From the IMG/VR virus record IMGVR_UViG_3300048998_000237, positions 1 to 47,611 of that record: 47,611 nt of DNA. The stretch is one strand, 5' to 3'. The notes beneath the pieces are model-generated. The model was given only the letters and a program-made list of their open reading frames with translations. It had not been told where the DNA came from and did no database searches. The translations under genes and the position numbers were made by a program. The stretch is from a virus (lineage: Duplodnaviria > Caudoviricetes). Positions 42,326-47,611 of this stretch are shown one piece after another. Numbering within the stretch: the stretch's first letter is position 1; each line of letters starts with the position of its first letter.

Positions 42326-43945
42326 ATGGGCACTGCCGACGCTGAGATCGCGTACCTCCGGACCACGCTCGGTGTCACCGGCGGCACGCTGAATGACCTG
42401 CGGATGCAGGCGTACGGCGGCACGGGGACGCAGTCGGAGCGCGCGAGCGCCTTCTGGAAGGCCGGCGGCGCGACCACCGGCAGCCTGCAGGAGCTCGAGA
42501 AGGCGTACCTGCGGGCGAAGACCGGCAACGCCAGCACGGTGACCCTCGCGGATCTCCGCGCGCAGTGGTTCGCGAACCCGACCCCGCCGACGCCGGTCGG
42601 CCCGGTGACGAAGACGTACTTCGCGAACACGATGGCGGGCACGGATGGCGCCGCGGCGCCCACGTCGATGAAGGTGCTCGGCACCGGCGGCACCGTCACG
42701 ATCCAGGGCAACCGGCTCGTCATCAACCCGGGCGAAGGCGCCTACGTCGGCAACACCGGTGTGCTCATCGGTGACCCGACGAACCGGGCCGGGAACGCGG
42801 CGACGGGCGCGCCCGAGTCGGTGTCCGACTTCAGCATGACCTTCCGGCTGCAGCTGACCGACGCCGGCGAGCAGTACCCGTCGATCTCCTTCGGCGTGCA
42901 GGACAGCACGCTCTGGTCCGGCGGCGGCGGCGATGGCCTGCCGCAGACCGGCGACATCATGGTGATGATCCCGTCCGACAACGCAATCTGGTTCGAGCAG
43001 GGCTACACCGCCGGCACGATCGACAGCACGCAGCCGTTCGTCTTCCCCGGCACGGACATGTGGATGACGCTCGCCGTCACTGGCAAGCGGCTGCAGCTGA
43101 AGGCGTGGGCGTTCGGCGCGTCGGAGCCGGCCACGTGGGGGCTCGATCTGCCGACGTTCCGGTTCAACCAGTCCTCCGGGTACGTCGTCTTCACCGCCTC
43201 GAACGGCGGCTCCGGCGTGGCGAAGACGGTCGCCATCTCCCAGCTCACCTCCACCACCGTTGTGCCCGCACGCGGTCCGTCACAGCCCGCGCCGTCGACG
43301 GTGTACGCCGGCTTCACGCGCAGCTTCACCGAGAACTTCGACACGGCCGCGCCGGTGGGCACGGGCCCGACGGGCTTCATCACGGCGTACGCGAACAGCT
43401 TCCAGCCCTACGACGACTCGGGGAAGTACTTCCCCCGCCAGGTGATCTCCGCCCACGATGGCGTGATGGACATCGCGCTCGACGGCGTGCGCGGCGCGGC
43501 CGGCTCGTTCGGCACGCCGGCGACGTTCAACAGCCGGATCGGTGGCCGGTTCGCGATGCGTGCGATGGCGCTCGGCGGTTGGGGGAACGGCTCCGCGGTG
43601 ATGATCTGGCCGTCGGCGACGTCGGAGGGGCCCTGGTCGGACGGGGAGATCGACTACCCCGAGGCGAACTTCGACATGAGCCCGTACCTGCACCACCACC
43701 ACCTCGGTGCGGATCCGGCAGCCTCCGACGACTACCTGACGGGCGCCTCGTGGCGCGACTGGCACGTGTACTCGATCGAGTGGCGTCCCGGCGTGTCGGT
43801 GCGGTACTTCCTCGACGAGGAGCCCGTGGCGACGGTGACGACGAACGTGCCGAGCACCGTGCACCGGTACATGTTCCAGGTCGACAACACGGGTGCCCCG
43901 GGCAACATGTTCATCGACTGGGTGACGATCGACCCGCTCACCTGA
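42326..43945 (+). CDS. Putative tail spike / receptor-binding protein with a lectin-like middle domain and C-terminal GH16 domain, 539 aa, leaderless
   Basis: FTENF...IWP.....W.DGEIDYPE (GH16 ExDxxE)...WHVYSIEWRPG.SVRYFLD...IDWVTI; TACACT 6 nt upstream of the ATG. Confidence 0.75.
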   Translation: MGTADAEIAYLRTTLGVTGGTLNDLRMQAYGGTGTQSERASAFWKAGGATTGSLQELEKAYLRAKTGNASTVTLADLRAQWFANPTPPTPVGPVTKTYFANTMAGTDGAAAPTSMKVLGTGGTVTIQGNRLVINPGEGAYVGNTGVLIGDPTNRAGNAATGAPESVSDFSMTFRLQLTDAGEQYPSISFGVQDSTLWSGGGGDGLPQTGDIMVMIPSDNAIWFEQGYTAGTIDSTQPFVFPGTDMWMTLAVTGKRLQLKAWAFGASEPATWGLDLPTFRFNQSSGYVVFTASNGGSGVAKTVAISQLTSTTVVPARGPSQPAPSTVYAGFTRSFTENFDTAAPVGTGPTGFITAYANSFQPYDDSGKYFPRQVISAHDGVMDIALDGVRGAAGSFGTPATFNSRIGGRFAMRAMALGGWGNGSAVMIWPSATSEGPWSDGEIDYPEANFDMSPYLHHHHLGADPAASDDYLTGASWRDWHVYSIEWRPGVSVRYFLDEEPVATVTTNVPSTVHRYMFQVDNTGAPGNMFIDWVTIDPLT

Positions 43946-44058
43946 TTCCGTCTGCGTACCACCGCAGGATCTTCTGGGCAAGTCCTTGTGACCGGATCGT
44001 GCCCTTGCCGGACATGCCCCGTAGAATCGGTGCCAGACCCTCAGACAAGGAGCACCGG

Positions 44059-44499
44059 ATGTCCGAAGACACGCCGCGGTCCCACACCTTCGCAACGCGC
44101 TCGAAGCTCACCTTCTGGCTGCAGGCGGTGGCGTACGCGTTCGTCGTCGTCGCCGGGCTGTTCTGGATCTTCGCGCCGTCGACGATCGCGCTCACCCGGC
44201 TCGGCCCGGTCGTCACCCCCACTACGGGGGTGATGCTGCTCATCGGATCGCTGTTCGCGCTGGTCGGGCATCTCCGCCGGCACTGGTTCCCGGAGCAGGT
44301 CGGCGCGTACCTCGTGGCCGTTTGCGCGGGCTGCTACGCCTACAGCATCGCGGTGGACAGCGTCTCCGACGCCACGAAGGGCATGGGCATGTGCATCGTC
44401 GCGGCGTTCTTCACCCTCTGCATCCTCCGCATCTTCCAGATCGAGCGCTACACGACTCCGACGGTGGCGGGCCGTAGACTGGCAGTGAACCAGCACTAG
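44059..44499 (+). CDS. Integral membrane protein (4 TM), 146 aa
   Basis: AAGGAG RBS, TAGAAT -10 upstream, four hydrophobic segments. Confidence 0.75.
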   Translation: MSEDTPRSHTFATRSKLTFWLQAVAYAFVVVAGLFWIFAPSTIALTRLGPVVTPTTGVMLLIGSLFALVGHLRRHWFPEQVGAYLVAVCAGCYAYSIAVDSVSDATKGMGMCIVAAFFTLCILRIFQIERYTTPTVAGRRLAVNQH

Positions 44500-44520
44500 T
44501 GCCAACTGAGGGGACCGGAC

Positions 44521-44985
44521 GTGACGATCGACGGTCCCTTCCTCGTCGGACTCGCCGCGCTCATCACCGCCATCGCCGGTGTGCTCGAGCTCACTCGCCG
44601 CGGCGTGAAGAAGCGTCGGGCTGGCGTGCCCGCCCGCGAGGACGAGATCGACCACGACCTCATCGACGACAAGCGCGAGCTCATCGCCGAAGTCGACGAG
44701 CTGCACACGAAGCTGGATGCGCTGCACGAGCTGCGGATCAAGCAGATGAACGCGGCGGAGCAGCGGCGGGTCGCCGAGGCCCGGCTGTACCAGGAGAAGA
44801 TCGACGAGCTGGTGCGCGAGCGGAACGCGCTCGCCGACACGGCCGCGCGGAACCGGCGCCGGTTCATCGAGAAGTACGGCGAGGACCAGCTGCACCTGTT
44901 CATCGCCCCGCCGAACCTCGCGGAGACGTGGTCGGCGGCGGAGATCCGCGAGTTCCGCCGCCTGGCGAACGACCCCATCACGTAG
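44521..44985 (+). CDS. Membrane-anchored coiled-coil protein (accessory lysis-like), 154 aa
   Basis: N-terminal TM segment followed by heptad repeats; GAGGGA RBS. Confidence 0.7.
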   Translation: MTIDGPFLVGLAALITAIAGVLELTRRGVKKRRAGVPAREDEIDHDLIDDKRELIAEVDELHTKLDALHELRIKQMNAAEQRRVAEARLYQEKIDELVRERNALADTAARNRRRFIEKYGEDQLHLFIAPPNLAETWSAAEIREFRRLANDPIT

Positions 44986-45019
44986 AAGACCCCCCGGGCA
45001 TCAGCCACGGGGGGTCTTC
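44985..45019. terminator. Bidirectional terminator between convergent operons
   Basis: gaagaccccccg / cggggggtcttc, a 12-bp stem. Confidence 0.8.
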
Positions 45020-45038
45020 GGCATCCAACCACGAACGC

Positions 45039-45458
45039 CTATGAAGCGTACCGCTTCACGGCGTCTTTCACGCGGAACGCCGTCACTGGGTCGTCACCGT
45101 GCTTGTCGAACACGATGTCGATGATCTCGTCGCCGAGCTTGTCGATCGCCTGCCGGTGCGCTGCGCGCCCGGCGGCGCCGAGTTGGATCAGCGCCGCGAG
45201 CCGCTGGTAGGGCCGTGCGATGACGGGCTCAGTCGACTCGAAGCTCTCCTTCGGGCACAGCCGGACGAGTGTCGACCGGATCTTCAGCGGACCGTCGTCG
45301 TACTCGTCGATCGTCAGTCGGGAGTCGGCGTCGAGCACGGTGATATCGCCTTCGATGAAGCGCGGGCGCCAACCGGCGTCCATGTCGGTGTTCACCTGGA
45401 ACCCTGCGGGTGCCTGGATCTCCAGGTCGACGCAGGCGTAGATGTGCAGCTCAGGCAT
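45039..45458 (-). CDS. Hypothetical protein, 139 aa
   Basis: GGAGG RBS; overlaps the upstream stop. Confidence 0.7.
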   Translation of the reverse strand: MPELHIYACVDLEIQAPAGFQVNTDMDAGWRPRFIEGDITVLDADSRLTIDEYDDGPLKIRSTLVRLCPKESFESTEPVIARPYQRLAALIQLGAAGRAAHRQAIDKLGDEIIDIVFDKHGDDPVTAFRVKDAVKRYAS

Positions 45459-45747
45459 CGGTGACCTCCTCGTAGGTTTCCTCGAAGATGTCGGGCTTGC
45501 ATGGGTAGAACTCGCCCTTCACGCCGCGGATCACCCAGTCGCCGGGGCTGGCGAGCATCGTTCCTTCGAGCGTCTCGATCTCGATGAAGTTCACACCGAA
45601 GTCCTCGATCTCCCCACCACCGTTCGAGATCCATCGGGCGACCGCTCGGTTTTGCTCCTCGCGGTCCTTCGCGGCGACCATCGGGTCTTCCGGGGCCGTC
45701 TGCATCGCCTGGATCTCGATGGGCTTCTTCCGGTACGTGGTGCTCAT
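45451..45747 (-). CDS. Conserved phage protein (YRKKP...TLEG...GDWVI.GV.GEFYPCKPDIF..TY family), 98 aa
   Basis: Widely seen phage hypothetical-protein signature. Confidence 0.85.
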   Translation of the reverse strand: MSTTYRKKPIEIQAMQTAPEDPMVAAKDREEQNRAVARWISNGGGEIEDFGVNFIEIETLEGTMLASPGDWVIRGVKGEFYPCKPDIFEETYEEVTDA

Positions 45748-46322
45748 CGTGCTGCCACCTCCGCCGGGGTGAGCACGGCGAACTCCCGCTGGAAGTCCTC
45801 CGGCTTCATCACCTTCACCTCACCATGCTCGAGGTACACCCAGTCGCCCGGCTGCGCCTCCACCTCGCTCTCGCCGCCGTACGTGAAGATCAGGTGCGCG
45901 GGGCGGTCGAGGGTGCCTTCGATGTGCCGGACGTTCACCTTGCCAGCGCACCACTTCAGGATGTCGACGGCGACGACGGCGTCGCCACGGAACTGCACCG
46001 CGGCGATCTCCGTCGGGCGACGCCGGGCCTGCACCGCGGACGCGGGGACGAAGTTGCCGAACAGCTTCGACGGGTCGGAGAGGATCTCGATCTGGATGCC
46101 GTCCTGCAGCACCAGCCGCTCCTCGTCGGTGTCGACGAGGTTGACGAACAGCGCCGGCAGGCCGCGCGGGCCGTACTCGGGCAGCGAGCGGAGCACGAGC
46201 GCGTCGACGGGGGCATAGTAGCCCTTGCCGGTGATGCGGATCGTGCCGCCGGGGCGCGCGGCGCTGAACGGCACCGGCTTCGCGGGGGCGCCGGTGATCG
46301 GCGCGTCGAGGGGGATCGACAT
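45744..46322 (-). CDS. Hypothetical protein with a C-terminal domain paralogous to 45451..45747, 192 aa
   Basis: RRRPTEIAAVQF...AQPGDWV....GE...KPEDF. Confidence 0.75.
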   Translation of the reverse strand: MSIPLDAPITGAPAKPVPFSAARPGGTIRITGKGYYAPVDALVLRSLPEYGPRGLPALFVNLVDTDEERLVLQDGIQIEILSDPSKLFGNFVPASAVQARRRPTEIAAVQFRGDAVVAVDILKWCAGKVNVRHIEGTLDRPAHLIFTYGGESEVEAQPGDWVYLEHGEVKVMKPEDFQREFAVLTPAEVAAR

Positions 46323-46326
46323 GGGG

Positions 46327-46941
46327 CTACTCCTTCTCGGGGGTGGTGACTGCGAGGCGGACCGTCTCCTCGAACGCGATCATGATCACGATCGGAGCGA
46401 GGCCCATGATGACGCAGCCGGTGAGGGTGTTGACGTTCAGCGTACCGGCGTTGGCACCGAGGACGTGGACGACGTTGATGGCGCTCGAGAGCGCCGTCAG
46501 GGTGCCGAGCATGATCCAGCTCGTCAGCACGCTCTCCGCGCGGGCGCGGAAGATCGGGATGAGGAACGAGACGACCATGATCGGCAGGTCGATGAACAGC
46601 GGGATGACGAAGTACAGCGTTGACGGCAGCCCGGTGTAGGGCCCCATCGCCGTCTGGCCGGCGTAGGACGCGATGCCGGCGGCGAGCGCGACGATGAGGA
46701 CGAGCCCGAGCACGACGTACAGCACGCGCCGGTCGTCGGGGTCGATGCGGGCCTGCTTCGAGCGCACCGGCGGTGCCGCTTGCAGCGCTTCGACGCGCTC
46801 GCCGAGCACCTTCTGGTTCTCGAACAGGATGTCGATCGGGTCCTCGGGCGCGGGGTCGGCGGCGTGCATCTGCTCGAGCAGGGCGAGCACCCCTTCGGTC
46901 GTCGTCGGCGGTCCGTCGTGGATCGGGTAGACGTTGCTCAT
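46327..46941 (-). CDS. DUF2637-like 4-TM membrane protein, 204 aa
   Basis: IASY...VIPLFID...LSSAINVVH...GLAPIVIMIAFE pattern. Confidence 0.65.
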   Translation of the reverse strand: MSNVYPIHDGPPTTTEGVLALLEQMHAADPAPEDPIDILFENQKVLGERVEALQAAPPVRSKQARIDPDDRRVLYVVLGLVLIVALAAGIASYAGQTAMGPYTGLPSTLYFVIPLFIDLPIMVVSFLIPIFRARAESVLTSWIMLGTLTALSSAINVVHVLGANAGTLNVNTLTGCVIMGLAPIVIMIAFEETVRLAVTTPEKE

Positions 46942-46985
46942 GGTTCTCCTTCTCGGGGGATGGCCCGAGTGTATACCAACTTTGT

Positions 46986-47611
46986 CTACTTAGCAGCCTG
47001 TCCTGCAGCGGCCTTCTCCGCGTCTTCGACGCGGCGCACCGCCTGTGCGGAATCCCCGGTGTAGTTGGTGAACTTCATGCCGAGCAGGTAGTTCAGCAGC
47101 GAGATGTTGCGCTGGTTCGCGTTCGACTCCGGGGTGGTGTACTTGTCGCTGGTCCGCGGGAACTTCGACTGGTAGACGCTCTGCCCGCTGCCGTCGCCCG
47201 ACGGCAGCAGCTTCGCGATCTGGCTCGGAGCACCGAACTGGTTGAACAGGTACGCGCCGGTGCCGCCAGACGCGTCGAGCTCGCTCATGTTCCCGGTCAG
47301 CTGCCGCTGCGCCGCGATCTCGATCGGCGCGCGGAGCGTCGGCGCCAGGTTGCCGAGCAGGAGCTCGCGCGCCGTGCCCTCCACCACGCCCTTCTGCTGG
47401 CCGCTGACGTTCGCACCGGCGAACAGTGACTGCAGGGTGTCGATCTGCGGCTGCGAGAGCGAGAGGCCCCAGAGGTTGCCGGCCTGGTTTGCCGCCCAGT
47501 ACTGCCCGGCCTGCTGGTTCAGGTGGTCCTCGATCGTTGAGCGCTGGGTGTACGGGCCCTGGCTGTCGCCGAGCGCCTTCAGGAGCGCGTTCTGGGAAGT
47601 GAGGCTGATCT
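46986..47611 (-). CDS. Giant internal virion protein, 3' part
   Basis: Same frame as 1..5440 through the 246-bp overlap. Contains GNLAPTLRAPIEIAAQRQL; the stop is at 46986. Confidence 0.85.
   Translation of the reverse strand, partial: ISLTSQNALLKALGDSQGPYTQRSTIEDHLNQQAGQYWAANQAGNLWGLSLSQPQIDTLQSLFAGANVSGQQKGVVEGTARELLLGNLAPTLRAPIEIAAQRQLTGNMSELDASGGTGAYLFNQFGAPSQIAKLLPSGDGSGQSVYQSKFPRTSDKYTTPESNANQRNISLLNYLLGMKFTNYTGDSAQAVRRVEDAEKAAAGQAAK
47366..47611. repeat. Terminal direct repeat copy 2 (assembly overlap)
   Basis: Matches 1-246, running from cgcgcgccgt to tgatct. Confidence 0.97.

Larger units (their letters stand above)
1..47611. mobile_element. Complete podovirus-like bacteriophage genome (47,365 bp unit, circular assembly), probable actinobacterial host
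   Basis: Terminase, portal, scaffold, capsid, adaptor/nozzle, lysis and replication genes are present. The ends overlap by 246 bp, no host housekeeping flanks are seen, and no integrase was recognised. Confidence 0.95.

Noticed and set aside
45039-45065. C-terminus DAVKRYAS resembling the AVKKRYAS tag
   Set aside because: The match is short, lacks the RRxA part and has different spacing, and the protein is not basic. It is probably chance, though worth including in a motif scan.

Overview
The window is an apparently complete, high-GC (about 70%) tailed-phage genome of 47,365 bp. Positions 1-246 repeat at 47366-47611 with one synonymous mismatch, and the join falls inside a gene, so this is most likely a circular assembly. 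The gene set is podovirus-like: TerL, portal, scaffold, capsid, adaptor, nozzle, ejection proteins and a 1,939-aa internal protein that spans the join. No tape-measure or tail-tube gene was recognised. An actinobacterial host (possibly Microbacteriaceae) is inferred from GC content, leaderless genes, an LAxTG sorting signal and an M15 endolysin. The replication/early arm (leftward, about 20-38 kb) encodes a primase-SF3 helicase, SSB, Cas4-like nuclease, SNF2 helicase, beta-clamp-like protein, N6-adenine methyltransferase and HNH proteins. I found no DNA polymerase, integrase, tRNA or CRISPR. A rightward block (38.4-45 kb) carries a double-HTH regulator, a putative TerS, a tail protein, lysis genes and a GH16 spike. 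The most notable observations are: (1) four tandem small basic genes in the virion operon that share a C-terminal RxAVxx(R/L)Y motif and shuffled peptide modules, a candidate capsid-cargo tagging system; (2) a two-copy candidate structured RNA leader upstream of the capsid and HNH genes; (3) a phage-encoded sortase-anchored surface protein; (4) a SAP-acidic linker-LysM fusion; (5) several repeated regulatory motifs and leaderless late genes. All functional calls come from motif recognition by eye; no database searches were run.
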